Assembly (NCBI GenBank): GCA_023378865.1
Contig: JAMCSP010000018.1
Coordinates: forward strand, 1 to 55,448
Length of the DNA: 55,448 nt
Direction: 5' to 3'
Source: Candidatus Parvarchaeota archaeon
GTDB lineage: Archaea > Nanobdellota > Nanobdellia > Parvarchaeales > Parvarchaeaceae
In this document: positions 9,169 to 19,212 of the stretch, in pieces
How the letters are laid out: every line of letters begins with the position of its first letter
How positions within the stretch are numbered: position 1 is the stretch's first letter
Translations under genes and position numbers: made by a program
The notes under the pieces: generated by a model
What the model saw: the letters and a program-made list of their open reading frames with translations, nothing else
What the model was told of the DNA's origin: nothing
Databases searched by the model: none

Positions 9169-10899
9169 ATGAGGTTTGAAGAGCTTTGTAACTATCTGCT
9201 TAAATTAGAGAAAACCTCGAAAAGACTTGAGATGATAGATATTCTTTCAGAAGTTTTCTCAAAGACAAAGAAGGAGGAAATAAATTATACTGTAAATTTT
9301 ATACAGGAGCAGTTGCTCCCTCCCTTTTATAATATACAGCTGGGAATAGCAGATAAGATGGTAGAAAAAGCTATAGCTATTGCGTATAATAAACCAGTTT
9401 CAAGAATATTAGAAGAGTATAAAAAAGTAGGAGATCTGGGAGAGATAGCAGAGAAAGAATCGAATACCTCTAATAACCAGAAAACAGATATTACTGAAGT
9501 GTACAGCAAACTTTTGAAGATAGCAAAGATTTCAGGAGAGGGAAGTATAGATGAAAAGATAAAGGAACTGTCAGAACTTATAGCCAATATCTCCCCAATA
9601 GAATCTAAGTTTGTTATCCGCTTTGTAATGGGAAAATTGCGTTTGGGCGTAGGCGAAGCAACTATAATGGAAGCGCTATCAAAGGCAAGAACCGGGAGCA
9701 GGGAATTCAAAGCCAATATAGAGAGAGCCTTTAATCTTTGTTCTGATCTTGGTTATGTTGCAGAGGTCCTTTATTTAAAGGGAGAAGCTGGAATAAACAA
9801 GTTTGAGATAAGTGCGATGAAACCGATAAGACCTGCATTAGCTGAAAGATTGGGCTCTTCAAAGGAAATCCTGGAAAAGATGGGGAAATGCGCAATTGAT
9901 CAAAAGTTAGATGGTTTTAGGGCCCAGGTTCATAAAAAAGCTAAAGAGGTAAGGGTCTTTTCTAGAAACTTAGAGGATATAACACATTTTATGCCTGAAA
10001 TAGTAGAAGAAGTAAAAAAGATAGACTGCCAGGATTTAATAATAGACGGGGAGGCTTTAACTTATGATGAAAATACGAATGTCTTATACCCCTTTCAGAT
10101 AACAATACAAAGGAAAAGAAAGCATAATGTGGAAGAGCTCTCCCAGGAATTGCCATTGAGACTTTTTGTTTTTGATATAATGCTTTACAACAGGGAAAAC
10201 ATGATAAATGAACCTTATATAAAAAGGAGAGAGTTATTGGATAAACTGTTTTCAAATACAAAGACGATATCTAAGACAAAAATGATAATAACAGACGATG
10301 AGAAAGAAATAGACAAGTTCTTCGATCTTACAATTGAGGAAGGCTTGGAAGGTATAGTAGCAAAACGTTTGGATTCCCCATATTCTGCAGGTGCAAGAAA
10401 CTTCAATTGGATAAAGATGAAACGTTCCTATAAGTCCAAATTGAATGACACTATAGACCTTGTTATTTTGGGGTATTTTAAGGGCAGAGGACAAAGAGCA
10501 GGGTTTGGATTGGGGGCAGTCTTAGCAGGAGTGTACGATTCAAAGGAAGACAAATTCAAGAGCATAACAAAGGTAGGTTCGGGCTTCTCTGAAGAGCAGT
10601 TTAAACAGCTTTTCAAGATATTGAATGAAATAAAAGTAGATAATAAACCAGCAAGGGTGGACAGCATAATGCAACCTGATGTTTGGGTGGTTCCAAAATA
10701 CGTAATAGCAGTAAAAGCAGATGAAATCACAAGAAGCCCGACACACACTGCAGGTATGAAAGATGGCATAGGTTATGCGCTTAGGTTCCCTAGGGCAGTT
10801 ACTTTCATACGCACGGATAAAAAAGCAGAGGACGCAAATACTGTAAAAGACATAGTAGAGATGTACGGCCAGCAGAAGAACATAAGCATTAAAAATTAA
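9169..10899 (+). CDS. lig: ATP-dependent DNA ligase
   Basis: 576 aa. Adenylation motif DQKLDGFRAQVH, motif III LIIDGEAL, EGIVAK, and the WIKMKR motif. Confidence 0.93.
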   Translation: MRFEELCNYLLKLEKTSKRLEMIDILSEVFSKTKKEEINYTVNFIQEQLLPPFYNIQLGIADKMVEKAIAIAYNKPVSRILEEYKKVGDLGEIAEKESNTSNNQKTDITEVYSKLLKIAKISGEGSIDEKIKELSELIANISPIESKFVIRFVMGKLRLGVGEATIMEALSKARTGSREFKANIERAFNLCSDLGYVAEVLYLKGEAGINKFEISAMKPIRPALAERLGSSKEILEKMGKCAIDQKLDGFRAQVHKKAKEVRVFSRNLEDITHFMPEIVEEVKKIDCQDLIIDGEALTYDENTNVLYPFQITIQRKRKHNVEELSQELPLRLFVFDIMLYNRENMINEPYIKRRELLDKLFSNTKTISKTKMIITDDEKEIDKFFDLTIEEGLEGIVAKRLDSPYSAGARNFNWIKMKRSYKSKLNDTIDLVILGYFKGRGQRAGFGLGAVLAGVYDSKEDKFKSITKVGSGFSEEQFKQLFKILNEIKVDNKPARVDSIMQPDVWVVPKYVIAVKADEITRSPTHTAGMKDGIGYALRFPRAVTFIRTDKKAEDANTVKDIVEMYGQQKNISIKN

Positions 10900-10916
10900 G
10901 AATGTATTGATGGTGT

Positions 10917-11774
10917 ATGCTTTTGAATGAAGGTAAGGATTCGTTTTTAGAGGAAGTAGTGAGCTTTAATGACGCTAAGTATGTTATACTACCAGTGCCA
11001 TTAGATGTAACAACAACATACTTAAAAGGAACAAAATTTGGGCCAAGGTCGGTTATTGAGGCATCACGTTCACTGGAAAATTATGATTTTGAGCTTAATT
11101 ACGAGCTTAAAGACAAGATATTCACTCTTAATGAACTTGAATTAAGCGGAGACATAAGAAATGCAATAGAGATAATAAATTTAAGCGCTTCCGATCTTGT
11201 CTCTGCAGGCAAAATACCAATATTGTTAGGAGGAGAGCATACTGCAACCTACGGTGCTTCCTTAGCTTTTGGAGAAGATGTTGAGTTCGTGATATTCGAT
11301 GCTCATGCCGATTTCAAACCGGATTTCTTAAAGCTAGAGATAAATCACGCCAGCAATGCAAGGTTGGTTAATCTTAGAAACAATGTTTCTCTTATAGGGG
11401 TAAGAAGCTTTAATTTAGAAGAAAAAACAGAAATAGAAAAAAGAAAGCTTTTAGTGATAACCAAAGACAAAATAAACGATGATAAAAGCTTAAACTCCTT
11501 AATCAATTTAATAAGGGGCAAAAAAGTTTATATTAGTATCGACATGGACGTTTTTGATCCTTCTATGGCACCAGGAGTTGGAACACCGCAGCCAAATGGA
11601 ATACTTTACAGCGATTTTCTTAATTATGCTTCTGCCATTATTCGTAATTCCGCTTTAGTAGGTATGGATGTGATGGAAACCAGGCCATTAAGCGATAACA
11701 ATATAACAGAAATACTTGCGGCGAAACTGATAATTGATTTAGTTTCTTTAAACGAACTTAAAAACAGGCATTGA
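10917..11774 (+). CDS. speB: agmatinase / arginase-family ureohydrolase
   Basis: 285 aa. Mn-binding motifs LGGEHT, FDAHADF, SIDMDVFDPSMAPGVGTP. Confidence 0.8.
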   Translation: MLLNEGKDSFLEEVVSFNDAKYVILPVPLDVTTTYLKGTKFGPRSVIEASRSLENYDFELNYELKDKIFTLNELELSGDIRNAIEIINLSASDLVSAGKIPILLGGEHTATYGASLAFGEDVEFVIFDAHADFKPDFLKLEINHASNARLVNLRNNVSLIGVRSFNLEEKTEIEKRKLLVITKDKINDDKSLNSLINLIRGKKVYISIDMDVFDPSMAPGVGTPQPNGILYSDFLNYASAIIRNSALVGMDVMETRPLSDNNITEILAAKLIIDLVSLNELKNRH

Positions 11775-13892
11775 TCAGATGTGGGTTGCGCTTATTACTA
11801 ACCCCCCTACTGACGCGAATACTAACGTTACTATAAATGCTATCAATATATATAAGACCATTGAAATAAGAAGCATGGATGCCATCGTGTCTCTCATCAG
11901 TATCCTGTCACCAGGTTGTGAAATAGTGGATACTGCATATCCTATTATAAGGCTTAAGCTTACAAGGTATACCCCTATTATTACCTGAAAAGTATACAAT
12001 GGTATTGCCCCGCCGCTTAAATTAAATAAACTGAATGCAAACGGAACCACTGATGAAACACTGCTGCTAGAGGATGTACTTGCTGCACTTTGTATCGAAC
12101 TTATACTGCTGGAAAGAGAAGTAAGCACAGTACCTATTAAAGTAGTTAGTCCCACTACTATACCGGCCATTGCAGGGCTTATCAATCCAACTTCTACGCG
12201 CATTCCTGAAGTGACTTCTTCTAAAAGTGAACGTACCTGCTCTTCTATCCTACGCAAGTTTGCAAGGTGCTTTGAAACGTAAGCTGTGGCTACTGAAGCG
12301 TTTCTTACGCTTTTTGCAGCGGAGGAAAGAAAAATTTTCGTAGATGCAAGAATCATAGGTGATGGGAAAAAACGGGTAGAACCGTTCGTTGCATTAAAAA
12401 ATGCGTCTTTTAAAGACATGCCAAGTTTTCTAATGTTGTTTATTGTTACATCAAAGAATTCTGAAACGGGTGTGCCTTTCATGTTTTCTTCTACTTTTAC
12501 AAGAGTAGCTTCTGGTGGATAGCCCTGTGCAAGGAAAGAGCTCATTTGCGACATTGCAGCACCGAAAGATGTTTCTATTGAGTTTAATTCTTCTTCTGTT
12601 TCTTTAAGCTGTATAACTGAAAGTTTAAGGTAAACCACTATTGAGAAGCCTATAGCCGCAGTTATAAACATCGAAACGTATATCTGCGTTGGCCCAAATT
12701 TTAAAAGCAGAGGATAAAGAAAATAAACTGGCAGCATGAAAAGGATGAATATTAATATAGCGGGCAGAAGTGCGCTTATGCTTATATTTTTCTTTCCCAG
12801 TTTTAAAAAGAAATTCCCAACTTTTGGTATGTTTGGTATATTGTTTATATCCGGTGCTCCGAATCCGCTTGGTCTCGTGAGCAATTTGTTTCTTATCAAA
12901 AAATAAACCATTAAGGGTAAACCTACATCGTACATCAGTGCAAGCAGCAACCCAAAATCAGGAACTGCTACAAATGCCATTAACATTGGGGCTAAAACCA
13001 ATCCTAAAACTGGAAGGACCATACCTATCATATATATTGTGTTTAGCGGCTCTTTCAATGATGAAGCATATTTTGTCATTGCCTCAAAAGTACCTCCTAA
13101 TATCCTATCAGAAGCTTCATCCAATAATCCCAATCTTGCTTCTTCTGTTTCCTGCGAAGTCGAACTTTCTATAAGGAAAAGCGCATCCGTAAACGCCGGG
13201 CTTGATTTCGCCCATCTTTTTGAATACTCATCCAATGCTTCTTTTATATTATTGTATTTTCTTGCTGCTGTGTCCCATATCAATTTTTTTAAATCAAGTG
13301 CTAGATAACTTGTCAGGTTATCGGAAGCAAATTGTACAGCTCCTTCCAAATTTGGAGTTTGTCGCATAAATATGACCATGTAAAGTATCATGGTAACAAG
13401 GTCACTTGAAGACTTACTTAATCTAACGGTCATTTGTTGTTGAGGAAATATCTGTACGCCTATAAATGAAATAACGCCCAAGAACATAAGTACTAGGCCA
13501 GCAATTATCTGGCCCAAAACAAGAAGTATCACTCCCAAAAACATCAAAGCTACAAGCATAAATATGCCAAAGCCGTATAACTGTTTCGCATCAAAATCAT
13601 AGCCAAGAAGATAAAGCAGTGTGTTTATTTTCTTTTCCTGTTCTTTGTTTATGTTAAATTTTATTATCTTACCTATAGTATTTGCTCCAAAGTTTATTAT
13701 TTTTGAAAAGTTTGTTGGGTTTTTCTCTTTGAATATCTTATATTCAAGTGACCTTAATTCCTCTCTAACATTTTCGTCTTTTTTATATAAATCGCTTGAA
13801 ACCAAGCTTTCTTTTGTGTAGTATGTATCTATAAAGTTCTTGTCTATCTTTACAGAAGGTACGATCTCCTTTACTTTTTGCTTCTTAGCCAT
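11775..13892 (-). CDS. polytopic membrane protein, PilC/TadC/FlaJ-like pilus or secretion platform
   Basis: 705 aa. Twofold repeat of [soluble helical segment + 3-4 TM helices], as in T2SS-F/FlaJ platforms. Ser-run loop ASTSSSSSVSSV. Start overlaps the ATPase gene by 22 nt. The call rests on architecture and context, not on a recognised motif. Confidence 0.55.
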   Translation of the reverse strand: MAKKQKVKEIVPSVKIDKNFIDTYYTKESLVSSDLYKKDENVREELRSLEYKIFKEKNPTNFSKIINFGANTIGKIIKFNINKEQEKKINTLLYLLGYDFDAKQLYGFGIFMLVALMFLGVILLVLGQIIAGLVLMFLGVISFIGVQIFPQQQMTVRLSKSSSDLVTMILYMVIFMRQTPNLEGAVQFASDNLTSYLALDLKKLIWDTAARKYNNIKEALDEYSKRWAKSSPAFTDALFLIESSTSQETEEARLGLLDEASDRILGGTFEAMTKYASSLKEPLNTIYMIGMVLPVLGLVLAPMLMAFVAVPDFGLLLALMYDVGLPLMVYFLIRNKLLTRPSGFGAPDINNIPNIPKVGNFFLKLGKKNISISALLPAILIFILFMLPVYFLYPLLLKFGPTQIYVSMFITAAIGFSIVVYLKLSVIQLKETEEELNSIETSFGAAMSQMSSFLAQGYPPEATLVKVEENMKGTPVSEFFDVTINNIRKLGMSLKDAFFNATNGSTRFFPSPMILASTKIFLSSAAKSVRNASVATAYVSKHLANLRRIEEQVRSLLEEVTSGMRVEVGLISPAMAGIVVGLTTLIGTVLTSLSSSISSIQSAASTSSSSSVSSVVPFAFSLFNLSGGAIPLYTFQVIIGVYLVSLSLIIGYAVSTISQPGDRILMRDTMASMLLISMVLYILIAFIVTLVFASVGGLVISATHI

Positions 13893-16138
13893 AAATCAAA
13901 TAAATTTACAATGTTTTTCCTTTCTGCAGTTCCATACTCTTCTCTTAGTCTACTTATTATATCATAGTATTGATCTATTGCTGCAGAAGTGAATTCAGCT
14001 TCCAATAATGCTGGGTTATTAACTTTGTTTGCGTAATTAGATAATGCATCTAATATCTCTCCTCTTGCTCTTATATTTTCAAGCACAGCGTCCCAGTTGC
14101 CAGCCCAATCCTCCACTTTCGATGCTATTTCTTTTATAACATAACTGTTACCTTCCAATAAATCATTTGATGGGTCAAGACTATCTTTGTGTATATCATA
14201 TTTCACCAAATCTACAAATCCATTTTCATACTGCGGGTCTTCGGTCCAGTCCTTTCTTACTTCGGTTATATTAAGTACTCTTCTTCTTTCGCTTAATCTG
14301 TCTTCAGTTCTTATTTTATTTACAGAGACTATTAAATCCGTTGCTTTGAAGCTGGTTCTTGGAACATTTAGATCATTTACAACCCTATCAAAGACTCCAT
14401 AAGGGTTTTCACCATGTATTGTACCCATAACCGTGTTTGAAAGTGCGCCTACACGCATTGCTTCATACAAGGCTTTTGCTTCTGTGCTTCTTACTTCCCC
14501 AACAATTAATGAGCTGTCCCCAAGTCTTAATGTAGTCCTTATGCCTTCATCTGCACTCATTTCCGCTCTCTCTCCAGTTATTGCGCTTTGCACTTTTAAA
14601 GACAGCATATCGTATCCTAAATTGACAAACGAATCCGTAGGGATTTCTAAAGTATCTTCAACTGTTATTATTCTATATCTTTTCATTAAAAGCAGCATCA
14701 ATGCAGTCAACATAGATGTCTTCCCTGCTCCACGTGTGCCGCTTATAAGTATTGTTCTTGCGCCTTCCACGCAAAACCAAAGTAATCCGGCTGCAAAAGG
14801 AGATATCATTTTATTGCTTATAAACAGCGGTATCGTCCATGGCTTTTCCCTATGCCTTCTAAATGCTATACTTATCCCGTCCGGAGAAAGAGGACGCTGG
14901 GCTATTGCAACCCTTGATCTGAACAGATCCGTTATAAGTTCAGTATCCAGTACAGGGTGGCCCTCATCAAGAGCCCTTCCTGACATTAATCTAAACCTGG
15001 AAGACCACGCATCAACTTCCTTTGCATTTGGTATAATGTTCGAAGCACATTCTCCATATTTTGAATGCTTGACAAAGATTGGAGATTTGCTTATTGGCGA
15101 GTTTATATATACATCTTCTACCATGTCATCTGACAGAACAATCTCTGTCATTCCGAAGCCGACAGTTAACCTAACAAGTATTCTTGCAAGCTTGTCTATA
15201 TCTTTGAAACTTAGACTGTATCCATTTTTGGTGCTTATGTCTGCAATCATGTCCTTGCTTATTTTGAAAAATACTTCTCTCATCCTTAAAGGATCAGTAA
15301 ACTCATTTTCCTGCGGTCTGTAATCTATTAAACTATTCCTTACCTGATCCAGTATGTCATACTCTTCTACATTAAGCAGTAATTCTGGAGGCGATAAATG
15401 GTATAGGTATTGTGACATTCCGGGTATACGGTATATAGTTACTTCTGTCTGGTCTTCATCTCCTAATTTATAATTCTCCAGTTCTACTGCCGAGAGAGGG
15501 GGCTCTGACATTATCCTTGTGTATGTAAAATTTGGTCGTATTAGCGGTTTAAAGATTGCACGGTATGGTTGCCTATCTCCTATTTTATAACCTAGTATAA
15601 GGTTTAGGTTTTTGTTAACTATTTTTATTTCGGCTATTTGCGTTATAAGATTTGAAAATCTTTCAAGAAAAGTGGAAAACAATGCCGAGTCACTATTCTC
15701 CTGCTTTACTTTAAACTCTCTTAAAAATCTTAATCCAAGTACATATGCTCCGATAGGGTCTCTTTTTAGACGGTTAAACAATATGTAATTAAATTTTGAT
15801 ACTTCTTCAGGGAAATTCTTTTGTATGTCGTTGTCAAAAGGCTTGGAAAGATCGGACTCAAGTACGGCCTTATATTTATTTGCAAGGTCATTTAAAAGAT
15901 TTGTTTGTTCTTTTGTGTATATGTAGTTTCTGTCGCTTACTATTGTAAGTAATGTTATATCTCCAGATTCGATTATTGCGTTTATTATTTTTTCGAATAT
16001 ATCTTCATTGTCTTCTGGATTTGGGTAAAGTACATCTAAAGGTACTTTGTATGTAAGCGTTATTTCTCCCTCTTCCCTGGAAATAGAATAATCTTTGTTT
16101 TTTAATTCCATTATTACTATTATATTGTCTGCAAGCAT
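13871..16138 (-). CDS. type II/IV secretion (FlaI/PilB/VirB11-family) ATPase with long N- and C-terminal extensions
   Basis: 755 aa. Walker A GTRGAGKTS, Asp box ITVEDTLEI, Walker B LIVGEVRSTEA, His box GTIHG. About 400 aa precede the P-loop and about 130 aa follow the core. Confidence 0.85.
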   Translation of the reverse strand: MLADNIIVIMELKNKDYSISREEGEITLTYKVPLDVLYPNPEDNEDIFEKIINAIIESGDITLLTIVSDRNYIYTKEQTNLLNDLANKYKAVLESDLSKPFDNDIQKNFPEEVSKFNYILFNRLKRDPIGAYVLGLRFLREFKVKQENSDSALFSTFLERFSNLITQIAEIKIVNKNLNLILGYKIGDRQPYRAIFKPLIRPNFTYTRIMSEPPLSAVELENYKLGDEDQTEVTIYRIPGMSQYLYHLSPPELLLNVEEYDILDQVRNSLIDYRPQENEFTDPLRMREVFFKISKDMIADISTKNGYSLSFKDIDKLARILVRLTVGFGMTEIVLSDDMVEDVYINSPISKSPIFVKHSKYGECASNIIPNAKEVDAWSSRFRLMSGRALDEGHPVLDTELITDLFRSRVAIAQRPLSPDGISIAFRRHREKPWTIPLFISNKMISPFAAGLLWFCVEGARTILISGTRGAGKTSMLTALMLLLMKRYRIITVEDTLEIPTDSFVNLGYDMLSLKVQSAITGERAEMSADEGIRTTLRLGDSSLIVGEVRSTEAKALYEAMRVGALSNTVMGTIHGENPYGVFDRVVNDLNVPRTSFKATDLIVSVNKIRTEDRLSERRRVLNITEVRKDWTEDPQYENGFVDLVKYDIHKDSLDPSNDLLEGNSYVIKEIASKVEDWAGNWDAVLENIRARGEILDALSNYANKVNNPALLEAEFTSAAIDQYYDIISRLREEYGTAERKNIVNLFDLWLRSKK

Positions 16139-18559
16139 TTATTTATGTTTTTTACCGTATTTTCTGTGTCTTATACGTTCCACTAAAAGCAAAATCACTA
16201 AAATCACCATTATGGTGCCGATTATTATATATAATTCATATAAACCAGCTGTAATCGATAAAGTACCGGAAAGAGCATTTAAGTTATTAAAAAAGAATTT
16301 CGAATTATAAGCCGTTATGGTTGCATTGTACGTTTTCTGCGGTAGATTTATAAATGTAACTGACCCCAATACGTTTGTATAATTTTTGAAGGATGCATTA
16401 TCAATGTTTATAGTTACACCTGCTCCGACAACAGGGATTCCTAGTATTGTTACCACCCTTATATTTATGTTTGATACCGGGATAGTGACATTTAAATCAT
16501 TTTCTGAATTCGTCTTTACTGTCTGGTTTATGTTTAAGTTAGTATTGTCATAACTCACATTTCTGATTGTAATCACACTGTTTCTGGGCGCCCAAATATA
16601 ATAATTTTGGTATATCTCAGTTATATTTTCAAAGGACATATAGAAGTAAGAAGGCCTAATTACTGCGCCCTGTTTTGATAAAAAGTTTATCGTGTAATTA
16701 TACTCTTTTATGAAATTTACTGTTATAGTGCTTTGGAATTTACTTGTTAAATTTAATGTAATATATCTATTTCCAGTTATTATCTGCGGACTGGCATAGA
16801 CATAAAATCTAGAATTATTGCTGGAATATACATAACCTCCATTACTTACCCTAGAATAAACTTTCTGAATAGTTTTTGATAGCGGAACAGTTCTGTAATA
16901 AGAAACGTTTGCGGATAATCCAGCCGTTCCGTTCAAAAATTCGAAAGTTACTTTTGGGTCTTTACTCCATGAAAAGCTTACGTTGAAAGGAGACAGTACC
17001 TGTATTGTATAATCGGGAATTTGCAGTAATGTCCCATTGTCTATGCTGAACCCAAGCAAAACTTCCTGGTACTGTGAGTAATTTTCCAGTTTTTGGGCGG
17101 ATATAGTTAAAGTACTTCCATTCCGTATGTATGCACTTTTACTGTTTATTCCGTTGTAGTCATACTCATTTACAAGAAAATAAACCGAAAAATTCATGTT
17201 TATTGTGCCGGATTGGTTTATGAAGAAAGATGCTGTATTATTGCGTGTATTCACAATTCCAGACATCGAAGTAAACAGGATTCTTTTATCTGAGCTAATA
17301 TTCTGTGAATACGCAGCAATATTTATTTTTTCACCGAATGCGAATTTTAAAGTCGTCGATTTAGAATAATTTTTGCCGTTTACGCTGAAAACACCGCTTA
17401 CAGGATCGTTAAAGTATACCTCGTAAGTGGTATTTGAAAGTGCTTCTACAAGTGGATATACTTTTGGAGAACCCAATCCCGTTACTTCATTGTATTCTCC
17501 ATCTGCACAATATAAGTCATTACAGCCGCTTGTTATATTGTTAAAGATAAGGCTGCCTACGCTGTTAAATAGGTTGTAAAGATGGCTGTTTAAGTATCCC
17601 TCTTCACCGTGTAAGTTTTGGTTTATTAACGAATCAATCGCGGCCCAGGACGGTGCCGCCAAGCTTGTTCCATAAAGCGCGGTCCAGTCTGAGTTAGCGT
17701 ATACACAAACAGGCGTTCCGGCGTCAAATGCAACATCTGGCACCATCCGATAAGAGCTTATATCTGGTTGAAATGCAGGTCTTGTAAAAAACTGGCTTTG
17801 TCCACCCCCGCTTCCGTTCCAGCCTACTTCTGATTTGTAATCTCCATTTGAATATACAGACAGAGTAGTACCACCGACTGCTATAACATTCGGGCTCGAG
17901 GCTGGAAAGTTAACATTTGGGGTATTATATGAATTATAAGCTCCAGTGTCACCACTCGCTACAAATATATTTATGCCTTTTGATTGCGCAGATTGGAAAA
18001 TCGAATTTAAATAGTTTATAGACTGTTGAGAATAATCAAGTTCTGATGACCCCCAGCTGAGTGAGATAGTATCTGCAGGTACATTATTTATTGTGTAATT
18101 TACAGTCTGGAAAAGCCATGAGTCGTTTGGAGCAATAATTAGGTATATTCTTGCATTCGGTGCCAATGAATGTGTCATTTCTACGTCTAAAGCGGTTTCA
18201 TACGTCCAGTTAATTGGATAAGAATTGGGACTTCCAAATGGTTCTTCTATTACAAGGTTAGAGCCGTTTGTAAGTGCGTTTAAACCGTAATATGAATCAA
18301 ATGCATTTACATCCTGCTGTAAATTTGGATCACCATGTGCTACTACAATGGCAATGGACTGCCCATTTCCATTTATGCTTAAATTATACAAAGGTAAAAA
18401 GTTATAAGCAGTTTGCAGATCCTGAGGGGTTAGATAGTTGCAAACCTGGTTTTGCAGTGGGGCCTCCTGGAAATTCAAATTTATTCCTTTAGATGCATGA
18501 GTTATTGATACTGACAATAATAGCATTATTAAAATAAGTAATGGTATCCGTTTTTGCAT
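16139..18559 (-). CDS. secreted, membrane-anchored sedolisin (peptidase S53)-like protease with large sequon-rich C-terminal region
   Basis: 806 aa. Sec signal peptide (..SITHA/SKG). S53 motifs ETALDVE, VASGDTGAY, GTSLAAPSWAA. About 400 aa Asn/Ser/Tyr-rich with many N-x-S/T sequons. CarboxypepD_reg-like segment VVTILGIPVVGAGVTINID..GSVTFINLPQKTYNATITA. C-terminal TM helix plus basic tail RHRKYGKKHK. Confidence 0.75.
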   Translation of the reverse strand: MQKRIPLLILIMLLLSVSITHASKGINLNFQEAPLQNQVCNYLTPQDLQTAYNFLPLYNLSINGNGQSIAIVVAHGDPNLQQDVNAFDSYYGLNALTNGSNLVIEEPFGSPNSYPINWTYETALDVEMTHSLAPNARIYLIIAPNDSWLFQTVNYTINNVPADTISLSWGSSELDYSQQSINYLNSIFQSAQSKGINIFVASGDTGAYNSYNTPNVNFPASSPNVIAVGGTTLSVYSNGDYKSEVGWNGSGGGQSQFFTRPAFQPDISSYRMVPDVAFDAGTPVCVYANSDWTALYGTSLAAPSWAAIDSLINQNLHGEEGYLNSHLYNLFNSVGSLIFNNITSGCNDLYCADGEYNEVTGLGSPKVYPLVEALSNTTYEVYFNDPVSGVFSVNGKNYSKSTTLKFAFGEKINIAAYSQNISSDKRILFTSMSGIVNTRNNTASFFINQSGTINMNFSVYFLVNEYDYNGINSKSAYIRNGSTLTISAQKLENYSQYQEVLLGFSIDNGTLLQIPDYTIQVLSPFNVSFSWSKDPKVTFEFLNGTAGLSANVSYYRTVPLSKTIQKVYSRVSNGGYVYSSNNSRFYVYASPQIITGNRYITLNLTSKFQSTITVNFIKEYNYTINFLSKQGAVIRPSYFYMSFENITEIYQNYYIWAPRNSVITIRNVSYDNTNLNINQTVKTNSENDLNVTIPVSNINIRVVTILGIPVVGAGVTINIDNASFKNYTNVLGSVTFINLPQKTYNATITAYNSKFFFNNLNALSGTLSITAGLYELYIIIGTIMVILVILLLVERIRHRKYGKKHK

Positions 18560-18645
18560 AGGCTAGTAAAACAGCCACTAAATTTAAAATTATTGTAATT
18601 TCAAATATAGAAAAAGTTAAATACTAAGCTATTTATTGAAACTAA

Positions 18646-18939
18646 ATGAAATTACCCAGTCAGGTTAGAAGATACTGTAGATTCTGCAAAGAGCATACGC
18701 TACAGAAAGTAGTGCAGGTAAAGGGTGGCCAGAGAGGAACACTGACGGCAGGTAGCCGTAGAAAAGGCTGGAATCTTGAGCACGGTTATGGTTCCACTCC
18801 CTATCCGATGTTTGAGCATGCAAAGAGGCTTGGTATAAAGCAGTCAAAGAGGATAGACTTAAGGTATAAATGCACGAAATGCGGTAAAATGACTACCCAG
18901 AAAAGAGGCAAAAAGGCTAAAAAGCTGGAGATAAAGTAA
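18646..18939 (+). CDS. rpl44e: 50S ribosomal protein L44e (eL42)
   Basis: 97 aa. Zinc-ribbon Cys pairs CRFCKEHT...CTKCGK and a basic, conserved L44e-like sequence. Confidence 0.92.
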   Translation: MKLPSQVRRYCRFCKEHTLQKVVQVKGGQRGTLTAGSRRKGWNLEHGYGSTPYPMFEHAKRLGIKQSKRIDLRYKCTKCGKMTTQKRGKKAKKLEIK

Positions 18940-18940
18940 A

Positions 18941-19132
18941 ATGGAAGAAATAGTATTTAGGCCATCAGAAGGCAAATTTTCAAAAGTAAGATGCAACAAA
19001 TGCAAAAACGAGCAGGTAATATTTACAAAGGCCTCTACAGAAGTAAGATGTCTGGTATGTAATGAAGTTCTTGCAACGCCTACAGGTGGAAAAGCCAAAA
19101 TACTGGCAGAAGTAATAGAGAATTATTCCTAA
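18941..19132 (+). CDS. rps27e: 30S ribosomal protein S27e
   Basis: 63 aa. C4 zinc ribbon VRCNKCKNEQVIF...VRCLVCNEVLATPTGGKA. Starts 2 nt after L44e, the usual archaeal pairing. Confidence 0.92.
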   Translation: MEEIVFRPSEGKFSKVRCNKCKNEQVIFTKASTEVRCLVCNEVLATPTGGKAKILAEVIENYS

Positions 19133-19212
19133 TCTTTAATGTTTTTGAATTTTTGATTTAATAGCTACTACTCTTTGTAATATTTATATATCACCGGCTA
19201 ATTTAAAAGCTT

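Noticed and set aside
14433-15323. 296-aa ORF on the plus strand, strikingly long for AT-rich DNA
   Set aside because: It lies entirely antisense to the well-supported secretion-ATPase gene. Its product is a low-complexity Ser/Leu/Ile-rich sequence with no motifs. In this antisense frame, stops arise only at particular Tyr/His/Gln codon contexts of the sense gene, so a long open shadow frame can occur by chance.
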